A stretch of 64,000 bases of DNA from Bacteroidota bacterium (GCA_037133475.1 JBAXOB010000017.1:5092-69091); one strand, 5' to 3'. Positions 9,907-20,345 are shown, counted from the stretch's first letter. The notes: generated by a model not told the origin, from the sequence alone. A program made the numbers and translations.

Positions 9907-12900
9907 TTATTTGTTTACCAGTAATTTCTTCACAACTTTATGTTCGCTGTTGAGGAATACCACGGAATAGATCCCGTTTGAAACCGGGCGGAGATCGAGC
10001 TGTTTTTCGAATGTGCCATTTACCGTAACATCTCCGAGTTCATAGATCTTCGCACCAAGCTGGTTATACACCTCGATGGAGTAGTTTTCCTGAACAGGGC
10101 TGGTGATGGAAACGGTAAACCTGCCGTCGTTGGGAACCGGGTAAACGCTGAAGTTGCTGTTCTGCAGTTCCTGCACACCGGTTACGACAACCCAAACCTT
10201 GTTCGAAACGGGGGAGGAACAACCGTTGGTTGTGACTACACACCAGTAGTAACCTGTATTGTGGGTCACGGTGTAGGTCTGGCCGGTGGCACCTGCAATG
10301 GCGTTACCCGAGTAATACCACTGGTTGCCGCTTGCGGCGCTGCTGGTAAGAACATTTCCCGATACGGTAACAACAGGGGCACCGGGGATGGCGTTCATCG
10401 TAACGTTCAGCGTGGCAGCAGTGCCATTTCCGCAGGTATTGGTTCCTTTGACGGTAACCGTGCCGGTTCCTGCTGCAGTTCCATAGGAGACCACAATATT
10501 TCTTGTCGTCCCGCCTGAAGTGATGGTGGCGCCTGCTGGTACCGTCCAAACATAGGTGGTTGCATTGGCGATAGCGGGTACACTGTAGGCAACACCGGTT
10601 GATCCGACGCAAACGGAAGCTGGTCCGGTGATGGTTCCGGCAGCGGCTGGTAACGGGTTAACGGTTACTGCATAGGCGGGAGAGGCGGTACCGTTACCGC
10701 AACTGTTGGTTCCTGAAACGGTGATGTTCCCTGAAACGGCAGATACGCCAAAGTTAACGGTGATGTTCCTGGTGCCTGCACCGGTGGCGATGGTGGCGCC
10801 GGCCGGGAGTGTCCAGGTATAGGAACTTGCATTGAGAATTTCAGCACAGGAATAAGCGACTCCGTTGGTACCCGCACAAAGTGTGGCAGTTCCGGTGATG
10901 GCGCCTGCGGCATTCGGCATGGGATTCACGAAAAGATTGTAAATGGAAGGGGTCGCCGCGGAACAGCCCGTGGTGCCTGTGTAATTTACACTTACCCACT
11001 GGGCGCCGACACCGGTCCAGGTTACATTGATGGCGCTGGTGCCCTGCCCTGAAACAATCGTTCCTCCGGTTGATACAGCCCAAACATAACCAGTCATGCC
11101 ACCTTCGGTATAATACATGTTCCCCGTCGAACCTACGCAGGGCGCGTTATTGCTGCCGATGGTCGGTGTGGGTGTAGGATTAACCTGGACATTAAAACAG
11201 ACTGCAGCAGCAGCTGTACAACCGTTTGCATTGGTATAATTCACGCAAACAGTCTGTGCCCCGGAACCATTCCAGGTAACGGTCATGGTATTGCTGGCGG
11301 CTGTACCGCCGGCTGTGATAATTCCCCCGGAAGAGGCAGTCCAGACATAATTTGTCATCCCGGCCTGGGTTGTGTAAACCACGCCGGTGGCACCCTGGCA
11401 AAGGATCGCCGTGCCGGTAATGGCCGGCGCAGGCAGGGCATTCACCGTAACAGCATAGGAGGCCGGGGTTGCCGCGGTGCAGGAGTTTGCATTGGTATAA
11501 TTGACCGTTACGGTTTTAGCGCCTGTTGTTGACCATGTTACCGTAATGGCATTGGTTGTCGAACCGGCCGTGATCAACCCGCCCGCTGAAACGGTCCAGG
11601 TGTACCCGGTCATCCCGGACTGTGTGGTATATACATTTCCGGCGGAGTTCATGCAAACCGACGATGGGCCGGTAATGGTGGGAACGGGTAATGCATTGAT
11701 GGTCACATTATAGCATCCCGGGGTCGATGCAGTACATCCGGCGGTATTGGTATAATTTACACATACCGATTGGGCCCCGGCGGCGTTCCAGTTAACCATG
11801 ATGGAGTTGGTCCCTACCCCTGCGGTGATGGTACCTCCCGGTGATAAAGTCCAGATATACCCGGTCATCCCTGCCTGGGTGGTATAGACGTTGCCCATTG
11901 CCCCGGCACAGAGGTTTCCCGGACCGGTTACAGTGGGAACAGGCTGGGGATTTACGGTTACGGCCAGGTTTGGTGAAACCGTGCCGTTGCCGCAGATACT
12001 CGATCCCACGACAGAAACATTTCCGGAGGTGGCAGTTCCGGAGAAGCTGACCGTTATGGAGTTGGTGCCGTTTCCGGCGGTGATGGTCGTCCCGGCTGGA
12101 AGCGTCCAGTTATAGGTGGTTGCATTGGCAATTACGGGGACGGTATACACGTACCCGGTTCCATTCTGACAAACACTGGCCGGGCCTGTGACCGTCCCTG
12201 CTGCGCCCGGAACCGGGCATCCGGTAATGAAGGTAAGGTCGTTGCCGTTGGTGGTACCGATCGAATTGGTCCCCCTCACCCTGAAATGGTAGGTAGTGCC
12301 GGTGGTCAGTCCGGTAATGGCGGCGCTGACAGGGGTCACCGTGTTCCCCGTGACGGGGCCCGGCGTGCCGGCGACCGTCGTTCCATAGGCAACGGTCAAC
12401 CCGTAATCAAAGAAAACGGCGGTGCTCGCCCCGTTGGCAAGAATGGTCCCATTCAGGGTGGCGCTGCTGGTGGTGACCAGTGTTGCCGCCACGGTGACAA
12501 CACTGGGGGCAAGAGCTGGCGTGGTAACTGTCATATCAGCGCTGTTGGTGGTTCCGCAGGAGTTGGTTCCGTTGACCCTGAAATGGTAGGTGGTTCCAGG
12601 GAGCAGACCCGTGATGGCAGCGCTCACCGCGGTGGCCGAACTTCCCGTAACAGGGCTGGGAACGCCTGGGACCGTTGTGCCGTAGGCGACAGTCAGCCCG
12701 TAATCGAAGGTAACCGTACTGCTCAGGTTATTGGCGTTGACGGTTCCGTTCAGGGTAGCCGTGGTGGATGTCACAGACGTCGCAGCGACCGGTGTGGCGA
12801 CCGGAGAGGCGTTTAGGGTAGTGAAGGTAAGATCGCCGCCATTTACCGTCAGGGCACCGCTGACCCCGGTTGCCCTGAAATGGTAGAGGGTGCAGGGCAG

Positions 12901-15483
12901 CAACCCAACGATGACAGAACTCACGGGCATTGCAACCGATCCGCTGACAGACACCGGTGCTCCCGTAACGGCTGTTCCGTAGGCCGTTGTAAGGCCGTAC
13001 TCAAACCCGGTGGTTACAGATGCGTTGTTCGGGTTAATGGAGCCGTTGAGTGTTGCACTGGTTAACGTGACGGCAGTTGCTGCGGTTGTTGTAACAACAG
13101 GGTTTGCAGAAAACTGGAAGGCCCCGATGTCGGGAGGTGTGGTTCGTCCTGCACCGGTATAATCGACAGGAACTGCAGGCAGAAAGGTGCCGGTTTTCAT
13201 CAACCCGGTGGCCGTCGGATGCAGGTCGGTAGCCGAAATAAAGGCAGGGTCGATGTTCAGCGAATTTGCATCCTGTGTTGTTGCGGTCTGCCAGGCAGCT
13301 AAAGTTGCCCTGGCCGAACTTTGATACCCGATATTCGGGCCGATTCCATTCACGTAATAATCGTTGTAATTAATGGTTGTCCACATGGCCGCGGTTCCTG
13401 CATTGAAGACGGCAAAAGTTTTCGAAGCGGGCGTGCCCGACACCGGCTGCAGGGAGTTTTTAAGAATATTGTTTTGCAGGTCGAACAGGCTGCATCCTGA
13501 TTGAATACAGATACAGGCTGAATAATTTGCTGTTGTGGCTGAGGTGACACTCCCGGTGAGATTAATATTGTTGTGGTAGAGTTTGACGTTCCCGCCTGAG
13601 GTGAAGTACATTCCCCACACATCGCGGGCATTTCCTCCTCCACCTGTCGAGTTGCCATCAGCCTTAATATTGTATATCAGGTTGTTTGAAATCTCGGTGG
13701 GTGTGGTGGCATCGCCGGTTCCGAAGTAAATTCCATAATTTCCCCTGCCCCCTGTACCGGTATAATACCAGTCATGGATTTTATTTTGTTTGATTTTGGT
13801 ATTGGTACAGGCAGTGCTCAGATAGATGCCGCTTTGCGTATAGTTGGCATTCCCGAGCGCAGCGCCCATAATCTCGTTGCCCTGGATGAGAGTGTTATCG
13901 CAGTAGGTCAGCACCATTCCTGTTAACTGGATGGCTTGCGCATCAACCGTTGATCCGAAGATATTGTTGGTGATCTGCCCGTTGGTAGCAGGATTTCCGG
14001 CCACGCCGGCAAACTGCATCCCGTAATTGGCACTGTATATGGTGTTGTTGTTGATGACAATGTTGTTGTAGCCCCCGCCGGAATAGTTGAGAATCAGGGC
14101 ATAGGTTGTATTGGCAACCTGGCTGCTGGCGCGGATAAGACAGTTTTTAACGGTGCAGTTGCTGGCCCCGTTGGTACCGTCATTAAAAATGCCAACCGAA
14201 TAGGTACTGGCGGCAGTATTGGTGTTTTCCCAGGTCATGCTTTTATCGGAACCGCCGCTGTTTGACCCGTCGAGGATAACATAGCTGCATCCATAAAATA
14301 CGATCACACCGGTGGTGGAAGAGCCGCTGATGACCGGTGTTTTGCCGGCAGCGGGCTTAATGGTAACGGTGTTGGTGGCGCTGGCGCCGGCAAATGGATA
14401 GACCAGGAGAGGTAAGGTTTCCGAATAACTGTTGTCGGTAAGCGAAAAGGTAACCGGGCAGGTTACCTCCTTGACGGCAAGATCGGCAAGTGCTGCCGTG
14501 ATTGTAGTGTAGGACTGGCCAACGCCAACATTGTAGTTGCCGCACAGTGCCCCGATTATCGTATAGGTACTTGGCGAAGCGGGCGGTGTGGAGGCGGCGG
14601 GAGGGTTCGCTGTAAGCCCCGCCGCCCCTGCAGAAGGAGCGCAGGTCACGTTCGGGGTGGCATTCATATCCTGCGCAACGATGTAATAAGACACGACATT
14701 CCCGGTGGCAACACCAGCACCAAAGGAAAAGGTATAGGTTGATCCGCTGACGAAGGCCCCGGTGGCGGAAGTCCAGGTTCCTGAGTTGATCTTCCAGTAA
14801 AGACGAGGCAATCCCGCACCCGAGGTTGGTACGCCGGCCGGTGCCACAAGGGAAGCAGTGAGGGTGCGTGCGGTAGTCTGGCTTGTATTTCCAAATGGGG
14901 TGTAGGTGATGTTCGGCCCGGCCGACGCCTTCACATGCAGGAGGTCGAGATGGCAGTTGTTGCCGTAGGCAGAGGTGAAAAGCAGGGCAACATACAGGGT
15001 GGGAATATTGGCAGCGGCGTAGGGCAGCGTTACCGATTCCAGCACCCATTGCTGGGTTGCACCATACCGTGAAAAGCTTGTGGAGTTATTCCACGTTGAC
15101 CCGTCGGTCGACCACTGGACCATCACGTTATCATTGTTTGTATAACCCGGGTCAACCAGCCATTCGAAGTCAACCGTGACGACGCTGTAGCCAACGGTTG
15201 AAACCGCGGTGGTTCTCTTCAGCCTGTTGCTGGTCCCGGAGGTCGCGTCGAATGAATCGAACTCAACGAACCGGCTACCGCTGAAGGGCGTACAGGTCGG
15301 GTAGGTTCCGGCTGACTGGAAATAGGTGTAGTTGGTTCCAGAAACAAGGTCGATACCCCACCCGGCAGGCGGGGTCTGCCCGACGGCAGCCGTTTCCCAG
15401 TCTTCTGTCAGTAACGTAGTTTGCGCTAATCCACCTGTACAGAAAAGGAAAAGGATAGCAACAAATAGTAAGCATGTTTTCAT
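9907..15483 (-). CDS. Giant T9SS cargo/surface protein 3 (1858 aa from the preferred start): MAM-like/choice-of-anchor-type N-domain, right-handed parallel beta-helix unit, three to four FN3-like YGLTxAYG modules, PKD-like stalk, type A T9SS CTD
   Basis: The ORF is open to 15645, but the Met at 15483 begins a typical signal peptide (MKTCLLFVAILFLFCTGGLAQ). Beta-helix repeats are present (NNTIYSANYG, GNEIMGA, QNKIHDW, NNLIYNI, NNILKNS). FN3-like modules include GFEYGLTTAYGT, TFDYGLTVAYGT and FFDYGLTVAYGT. There are four B repeats. C-terminus VYPVPNDGRFTVSI...GIYSVVFLNSEHKVVKKLLVNK. Confidence 0.9.
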   Translation of the reverse strand: MKTCLLFVAILFLFCTGGLAQTTLLTEDWETAAVGQTPPAGWGIDLVSGTNYTYFQSAGTYPTCTPFSGSRFVEFDSFDATSGTSNRLKRTTAVSTVGYSVVTVDFEWLVDPGYTNNDNVMVQWSTDGSTWNNSTSFSRYGATQQWVLESVTLPYAAANIPTLYVALLFTSAYGNNCHLDLLHVKASAGPNITYTPFGNTSQTTARTLTASLVAPAGVPTSGAGLPRLYWKINSGTWTSATGAFVSGSTYTFSFGAGVATGNVVSYYIVAQDMNATPNVTCAPSAGAAGLTANPPAASTPPASPSTYTIIGALCGNYNVGVGQSYTTITAALADLAVKEVTCPVTFSLTDNSYSETLPLLVYPFAGASATNTVTIKPAAGKTPVISGSSTTGVIVFYGCSYVILDGSNSGGSDKSMTWENTNTAASTYSVGIFNDGTNGASNCTVKNCLIRASSQVANTTYALILNYSGGGYNNIVINNNTIYSANYGMQFAGVAGNPATNGQITNNIFGSTVDAQAIQLTGMVLTYCDNTLIQGNEIMGAALGNANYTQSGIYLSTACTNTKIKQNKIHDWYYTGTGGRGNYGIYFGTGDATTPTEISNNLIYNIKADGNSTGGGGNARDVWGMYFTSGGNVKLYHNNINLTGSVTSATTANYSACICIQSGCSLFDLQNNILKNSLQPVSGTPASKTFAVFNAGTAAMWTTINYNDYYVNGIGPNIGYQSSARATLAAWQTATTQDANSLNIDPAFISATDLHPTATGLMKTGTFLPAVPVDYTGAGRTTPPDIGAFQFSANPVVTTTAATAVTLTSATLNGSINPNNASVTTGFEYGLTTAYGTAVTGAPVSVSGSVAMPVSSVIVGLLPCTLYHFRATGVSGALTVNGGDLTFTTLNASPVATPVAATSVTSTTATLNGTVNANNLSSTVTFDYGLTVAYGTTVPGVPSPVTGSSATAVSAAITGLLPGTTYHFRVNGTNSCGTTNSADMTVTTPALAPSVVTVAATLVTTSSATLNGTILANGASTAVFFDYGLTVAYGTTVAGTPGPVTGNTVTPVSAAITGLTTGTTYHFRVRGTNSIGTTNGNDLTFITGCPVPGAAGTVTGPASVCQNGTGYVYTVPVIANATTYNWTLPAGTTITAGNGTNSITVSFSGTATSGNVSVVGSSICGNGTVSPNLAVTVNPQPVPTVTGPGNLCAGAMGNVYTTQAGMTGYIWTLSPGGTITAGVGTNSIMVNWNAAGAQSVCVNYTNTAGCTASTPGCYNVTINALPVPTITGPSSVCMNSAGNVYTTQSGMTGYTWTVSAGGLITAGSTTNAITVTWSTTGAKTVTVNYTNANSCTAATPASYAVTVNALPAPAITGTAILCQGATGVVYTTQAGMTNYVWTASSGGIITAGGTAASNTMTVTWNGSGAQTVCVNYTNANGCTAAAAVCFNVQVNPTPTPTIGSNNAPCVGSTGNMYYTEGGMTGYVWAVSTGGTIVSGQGTSAINVTWTGVGAQWVSVNYTGTTGCSAATPSIYNLFVNPMPNAAGAITGTATLCAGTNGVAYSCAEILNASSYTWTLPAGATIATGAGTRNITVNFGVSAVSGNITVSGTNSCGNGTASPAYAVTVNPLPAAAGTITGPASVCVGSTGVAYSVPAIANATTYVWTVPAGATITSGGTTRNIVVSYGTAAGTGTVTVKGTNTCGNGTAATLNVTMNAIPGAPVVTVSGNVLTSSAASGNQWYYSGNAIAGATGQTYTVTHNTGYYWCVVTTNGCSSPVSNKVWVVVTGVQELQNSNFSVYPVPNDGRFTVSITSPVQENYSIEVYNQLGAKIYELGDVTVNGTFEKQLDLRPVSNGIYSVVFLNSEHKVVKKLLVNK
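9925..11082 (-). repeat. 1158-bp segment identical to 15930-17087 (direct repeat, offset 6005 bp)
   Basis: Line-by-line comparison shows identity. Five sub-ORFs in the track (for example 10261-10518 vs 16266-16523 and 10841-11083 vs 16846-17088) translate identically at a constant offset of 6005. The first mismatch is at 11083/17088. There are three mismatches at 9921-9924. Confidence 0.9.
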
Positions 15484-15798
15484 AACGGAGGATTTTGGTT
15501 TATAAAATATGTGCGTTGATATATAGCGTATATATAATTGTTCACGAATGAATAAACCATTATAAACCAAGACGTTGTCTGAAATACAGCCAAGCCGGCG
15601 ACGGAATGATTTTTGCATCCATTGCGGTTTTTGCCCGTTTCTCATTTTTAACTGAACTATCAGGAAACCTTTGCTCCAGGTTCCTTCCCGGGGAAATCAC
15701 CCCAATGATAACCGGAAACAGAGGGCTTCAGGATATGCAAAAATTTTGTCGTCAGGGAATAAAGTTAGGATTTTTTATGGAATACAACTTTTTTTATT

Positions 15799-15836
15799 AA
15801 AAAAAAAGCCCTGCCATTTCCGGCAGGACTTTTTTA
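15799..15836 (-). terminator. Rho-independent terminator downstream of giant gene 4
   Basis: The stem AGCCCTGCC (15807-15815) pairs with GGCAGGACT (15822-15830), 8 of 9 pairs, with a 6-nt loop. On the minus strand a long T-run follows. It lies ~75 nt after the stop codon at 15912. Confidence 0.7.
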
Positions 15837-15911
15837 TCAGAGGATTAACTCATTGTAATTATCACAAAATTATACAGTGTTGTATTTCATGATATTACGA
15901 ATGATTCAATG

Positions 15912-18900
15912 TTATTTGTTTACCAAAACTTTCTTCACAACTTTATGTTCGCTGTTGAGGAATACCACGGAATAGATCCCGTTTGAAACCGGGCGGAGAT
16001 CGAGCTGTTTTTCGAATGTGCCATTTACCGTAACATCTCCGAGTTCATAGATCTTCGCACCAAGCTGGTTATACACCTCGATGGAGTAGTTTTCCTGAAC
16101 AGGGCTGGTGATGGAAACGGTAAACCTGCCGTCGTTGGGAACCGGGTAAACGCTGAAGTTGCTGTTCTGCAGTTCCTGCACACCGGTTACGACAACCCAA
16201 ACCTTGTTCGAAACGGGGGAGGAACAACCGTTGGTTGTGACTACACACCAGTAGTAACCTGTATTGTGGGTCACGGTGTAGGTCTGGCCGGTGGCACCTG
16301 CAATGGCGTTACCCGAGTAATACCACTGGTTGCCGCTTGCGGCGCTGCTGGTAAGAACATTTCCCGATACGGTAACAACAGGGGCACCGGGGATGGCGTT
16401 CATCGTAACGTTCAGCGTGGCAGCAGTGCCATTTCCGCAGGTATTGGTTCCTTTGACGGTAACCGTGCCGGTTCCTGCTGCAGTTCCATAGGAGACCACA
16501 ATATTTCTTGTCGTCCCGCCTGAAGTGATGGTGGCGCCTGCTGGTACCGTCCAAACATAGGTGGTTGCATTGGCGATAGCGGGTACACTGTAGGCAACAC
16601 CGGTTGATCCGACGCAAACGGAAGCTGGTCCGGTGATGGTTCCGGCAGCGGCTGGTAACGGGTTAACGGTTACTGCATAGGCGGGAGAGGCGGTACCGTT
16701 ACCGCAACTGTTGGTTCCTGAAACGGTGATGTTCCCTGAAACGGCAGATACGCCAAAGTTAACGGTGATGTTCCTGGTGCCTGCACCGGTGGCGATGGTG
16801 GCGCCGGCCGGGAGTGTCCAGGTATAGGAACTTGCATTGAGAATTTCAGCACAGGAATAAGCGACTCCGTTGGTACCCGCACAAAGTGTGGCAGTTCCGG
16901 TGATGGCGCCTGCGGCATTCGGCATGGGATTCACGAAAAGATTGTAAATGGAAGGGGTCGCCGCGGAACAGCCCGTGGTGCCTGTGTAATTTACACTTAC
17001 CCACTGGGCGCCGACACCGGTCCAGGTTACATTGATGGCGCTGGTGCCCTGCCCTGAAACAATCGTTCCTCCGGTTGATACAGCCCATACATAGCCTGTC
17101 ATTCCACCTTCGGTATAATACATGTTGCCAGTTGAACCGACACAGGGAGCATTGTTACTGCCGATCGTGGGAGTGGGTGTCGGATTGACTGTTACATTGA
17201 AGGTAGTCGCAGCAGCTGCGGAACATCCGCTTCCGTTGGTATAGTTAACGGTAACGGTTTTCGCTCCTGATGTTGTCCATGTGACGGTAACCGTATTGCT
17301 TGTAGCGGTGCCACCGGCCGTAATGGTGCCGCCGGCAGAAACTGTCCATACATAGTTGGTCATCCCGGCCTGGGTGGTATAAACATTGTTGGCCGAGCTC
17401 ATGCATGCGGGTGAAGGACCCGTGATGGTTGGCACTGGTAACGCGTTAACAGCAACGGCAATCGATGAAGAGGCGCCGTTACCGCATGTTCCTGCGGCAA
17501 CACCTGCAACGGTGACGTTTCCTGCTGTTGAACCAAAGGTTACCGTAATGGAATTCGTTCCTGCACCGGCGGTGATCACTGCACCTGCAGGTAACGTCCA
17601 TGCATAGCTGATTGCATTGGTAATGGTGCCAACAGAATAAACTTTACCCGTGGCAAGTGCACAAACGGTCGCCGGGCCTGTAATGGCGCCTGCAGCTCCT
17701 GCCGGAGCTGAACAACCCGTAAGGAAAGTCTGGTCAAGACCATATACCGTGCCTGTTGAATTAACGCCAACGCAGCGATAGTGATAAGTGGTGTTGGTTA
17801 CCAGGCCTGTGATGTTGGCCAGGGTTGTCAAAGCGGAGTTTCCCGAAAGGCTTGATGGAACGCCTGCAACATTGGTTCCGTAGGCTACCGTTAGTCCATA
17901 GTCGAAACTTACGGTTGTCGAGGTGCTGTTGGCAGTCACCGTCCCGTTTAACGTGGCGGTGTTCGCAGCAACATTGGTTGCCAGGTTGGTAACCACAACG
18001 GGAGCGCCTGCTCCTGTGGTAAAGGTCATGTCATTGCCATTGGTTGTTCCTGCAATGTTGGTCGCAACAATACGGTAATGATAGGTGGTGTTGAAGGAAA
18101 GCCCGGTGATGCCGGCACTCTCATTGGTTACGGTTAAACCGGTCGCGTTGGCGGGTGCAGCTGTGACGGTTGAGCCATAGGCAGCCGTCAATCCGTATTG
18201 AAATGAAACGGCGGATGAGTTGCCATTGGCGTTAACTGTACCGTTCAGGGTGGCTGTAGCGGCTGTGATGGCTGTTGCAGCAGTGGTTACAACGGTTGCA
18301 GGGGCTACAAGAACGGCTTCAATTCCATATTTCAGGGTTGCAACATCGGCTGTAAGTGTTCCTCCCGTAATGGCACAGGTGAAGAAGGTATTTCCCCTGG
18401 CAGGATTTTCCGTATAGGTCCCGATCGGGTACCATTGCGCCGCTCCGGCAGTCTGGGCGATACCAACATAGAAGTCCATGTTGGAAACCGATTGCGGAGT
18501 GGGGAAGGTGAAATTCAGGTTGGTACCAAGATCGGTGGCCAGAATGGTATAGTTTGGGCTCTGTGACAGGATGGTGCCGGCGCTGTTCATCAGGACAGCA
18601 TAAATGGTATTTCCTGTATTTGCTGCGTAGTTATACAGCATCAGATTGGCTCCCTTTACCAAACCGGTGCCGTTCATCGTATATTTTGCAGCGAAAATAC
18701 CGGTTCCGGGAGTGGTAAACCCGTATCCGCCAGGCCCTGCCAGGTTGTAATTATAGGAGAACAGGTTGTTATTAACATTGGCGGTGATCGTCATGGAATT
18801 GTTTGCCGTATAGGTTTCGCCAGCTATTGCTGACGTAACGGCGTTGATGGTAACATCTTCCAGCAGGGTAGGGGTCCATCCGGGGAAGTTAACCACCGTA

Positions 18901-19832
18901 TTAGTGCCTCCTGCCAGTGCCGTAAGCGGCAAGGTAGCCGTATAACGAACCGTCGAGGTGGCGACATCCTTCACCGTCAGGATAACATTGCAGGTAAGCG
19001 GCGACGCGGAGATGTTCGACACCCTGACGCCAACGGGCGAAGGAGTTCCGAACGGGGCCGGCGTTCTTTCCGTTGCATAGATGTTTGTGACGGCGGCAAT
19101 GTCAACAAGGGTATTGTTGGTAAAGGTCGTGGCCGGGCGGAAGGCGGTAACGGCGAGGGCAGTTCCCTGGGCTGCTGCGCTTTGATAACCATAGCATAAA
19201 GTAGCCTGGTTGGTATTGCAATAGGCCACAAGTGCAGTGGTTCCGAGGGCACCGACAGGGTTGCTGAATTCCCATGCGACATAAACACCACCACCCGTGT
19301 AGGTAAACGATGATCCGTTTACAAAGGGGATGGAATAGGCTCCCGCAGCAATTGGAATGGTAAAGGCGGGGTCGCTGCTGACCGTGGTAAATCCCGTAGT
19401 GGTCCAGGTTGAACCGAGTGTATAGGTTACGTCAGAAGTATTCATAAGGTAAATGGTCATCTGGCCTGATTGCGTGCCAACGCCAGCCGTGGCGATTAAA
19501 AAGCCGATGGCGTCGATCGTGTATCCTGCAGGATAGCCTGCTGCAGCCATTTCCGAGGGCAGTACCAGGAATTCTTCACGCTCATACCTGACACCGGCGT
19601 TACGCGGTATCCTGCTGTTTCCGGAGGTGCTGTTGGTATTGGGTAATACCCAGGTGGTCATAACATCTGTCCCCGGGTTCAGGATATTCTGGGTATTCCC
19701 GGGCATGGAGGGGGTCGGTACTACCATAGGTGTGTTCCCGTCATTGATACCCGTGGGGTACTTCTGGGTCATCTGTCCGAAACTGTAAACAGCCAGGATA
19801 CAGGCAAAGAAAAACAGTAAAGTTTTTTTCAT
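15912..19832 (-). CDS. Giant T9SS cargo/surface protein 4 (1306 aa): unknown ~500-aa head, two FN3-like modules, PKD-like stalk, type A T9SS CTD
   Basis: Uninterrupted 1306-codon ORF. Signal peptide MKKTLLFFFACILAVYSFGQ. FN3-like modules SFQYGLTAAYGS and SFDYGLTVAYGT. Two B repeats. The C-terminal ~425 aa are identical to gene 3 except for one residue (VLVNK vs LLVNK). Confidence 0.9.
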   Translation of the reverse strand: MKKTLLFFFACILAVYSFGQMTQKYPTGINDGNTPMVVPTPSMPGNTQNILNPGTDVMTTWVLPNTNSTSGNSRIPRNAGVRYEREEFLVLPSEMAAAGYPAGYTIDAIGFLIATAGVGTQSGQMTIYLMNTSDVTYTLGSTWTTTGFTTVSSDPAFTIPIAAGAYSIPFVNGSSFTYTGGGVYVAWEFSNPVGALGTTALVAYCNTNQATLCYGYQSAAAQGTALAVTAFRPATTFTNNTLVDIAAVTNIYATERTPAPFGTPSPVGVRVSNISASPLTCNVILTVKDVATSTVRYTATLPLTALAGGTNTVVNFPGWTPTLLEDVTINAVTSAIAGETYTANNSMTITANVNNNLFSYNYNLAGPGGYGFTTPGTGIFAAKYTMNGTGLVKGANLMLYNYAANTGNTIYAVLMNSAGTILSQSPNYTILATDLGTNLNFTFPTPQSVSNMDFYVGIAQTAGAAQWYPIGTYTENPARGNTFFTCAITGGTLTADVATLKYGIEAVLVAPATVVTTAATAITAATATLNGTVNANGNSSAVSFQYGLTAAYGSTVTAAPANATGLTVTNESAGITGLSFNTTYHYRIVATNIAGTTNGNDMTFTTGAGAPVVVTNLATNVAANTATLNGTVTANSTSTTVSFDYGLTVAYGTNVAGVPSSLSGNSALTTLANITGLVTNTTYHYRCVGVNSTGTVYGLDQTFLTGCSAPAGAAGAITGPATVCALATGKVYSVGTITNAISYAWTLPAGAVITAGAGTNSITVTFGSTAGNVTVAGVAAGTCGNGASSSIAVAVNALPVPTITGPSPACMSSANNVYTTQAGMTNYVWTVSAGGTITAGGTATSNTVTVTWTTSGAKTVTVNYTNGSGCSAAAATTFNVTVNPTPTPTIGSNNAPCVGSTGNMYYTEGGMTGYVWAVSTGGTIVSGQGTSAINVTWTGVGAQWVSVNYTGTTGCSAATPSIYNLFVNPMPNAAGAITGTATLCAGTNGVAYSCAEILNASSYTWTLPAGATIATGAGTRNITVNFGVSAVSGNITVSGTNSCGNGTASPAYAVTVNPLPAAAGTITGPASVCVGSTGVAYSVPAIANATTYVWTVPAGATITSGGTTRNIVVSYGTAAGTGTVTVKGTNTCGNGTAATLNVTMNAIPGAPVVTVSGNVLTSSAASGNQWYYSGNAIAGATGQTYTVTHNTGYYWCVVTTNGCSSPVSNKVWVVVTGVQELQNSNFSVYPVPNDGRFTVSITSPVQENYSIEVYNQLGAKIYELGDVTVNGTFEKQLDLRPVSNGIYSVVFLNSEHKVVKKVLVNK
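15930..17087 (-). repeat. 1158-bp segment identical to 9925-11082
   Basis: See the partner repeat at 9925-11082. The identity ends sharply even though the encoded proteins stay identical for ~35 more residues. Confidence 0.9.
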
Positions 19833-19943
19833 AAATAATGTTTTAGTTTTGTAAAGAATGAATTGTTTTTAACTATAAAACAGATTGGTGCAAAACCTGA
19901 AGGCCGTTGCACAAACATGTTGTTTTATCCATATTTTGGTAAA

Positions 19944-19951
19944 CAAATATA
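19944..19951 (-). promoter_or_regulatory. Candidate -7 promoter box (TATATTTG) for giant gene 4
   Basis: The minus strand reads TATATTTG, an exact TAnnTTTG match, inside an AT-rich block ~110 nt upstream of the ATG at 19832. A TTTG lies only ~15 nt upstream, which is shorter than the usual spacing. Confidence 0.3.
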
Positions 19952-20345
19952 ATATTAAAATATCTCCAAAACGTATTTTTATTCTCAAAAACATACTTTT
20001 ATTTATATTGTTTCTAATCAGTTATTTAGACACAATCCGGATTGCGGTAAGTGCCCCATCCTGAACCGTTTCAGGTAAAATGGCTCCCTGAAACGGGGGA
20101 AAAAAGTCATAATTTGGTGAAAGTGCACACGCCCCGGTAAAAAGTAATGGTCAAAATTGTTGTATGATTCGCGGCTATGCCGGGAAATCCCGGTGAGGTT
20201 TTGCGGTTCATGATCAACCCGGGAGTAATCGCCGCTGTCTCCTGTTGAATTCAATCAGTAATGGCGGAAATAAAAACGGTCATGTTCACGGGCACAGGAT
20301 GCCGGGATGTTTGCCGGCCCGGGATAACCCTGCAGTTCCTCCGGG

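Noticed and set aside
15484-15645. A 54-codon N-terminal extension of giant gene 3 (ORF start at 15645).
   Set aside because: The extension (MRNGQKPQWMQKSFRRRLG...) has no signal peptide character. The Met at 15483 starts a canonical signal peptide that matches the other four paralogs.
20018-20254. A 78-aa ORF in the spacer between giant genes 5 and 4.
   Set aside because: The composition is not protein-like and no motif was seen. It is retained only as part of the note on the unusually long spacer.
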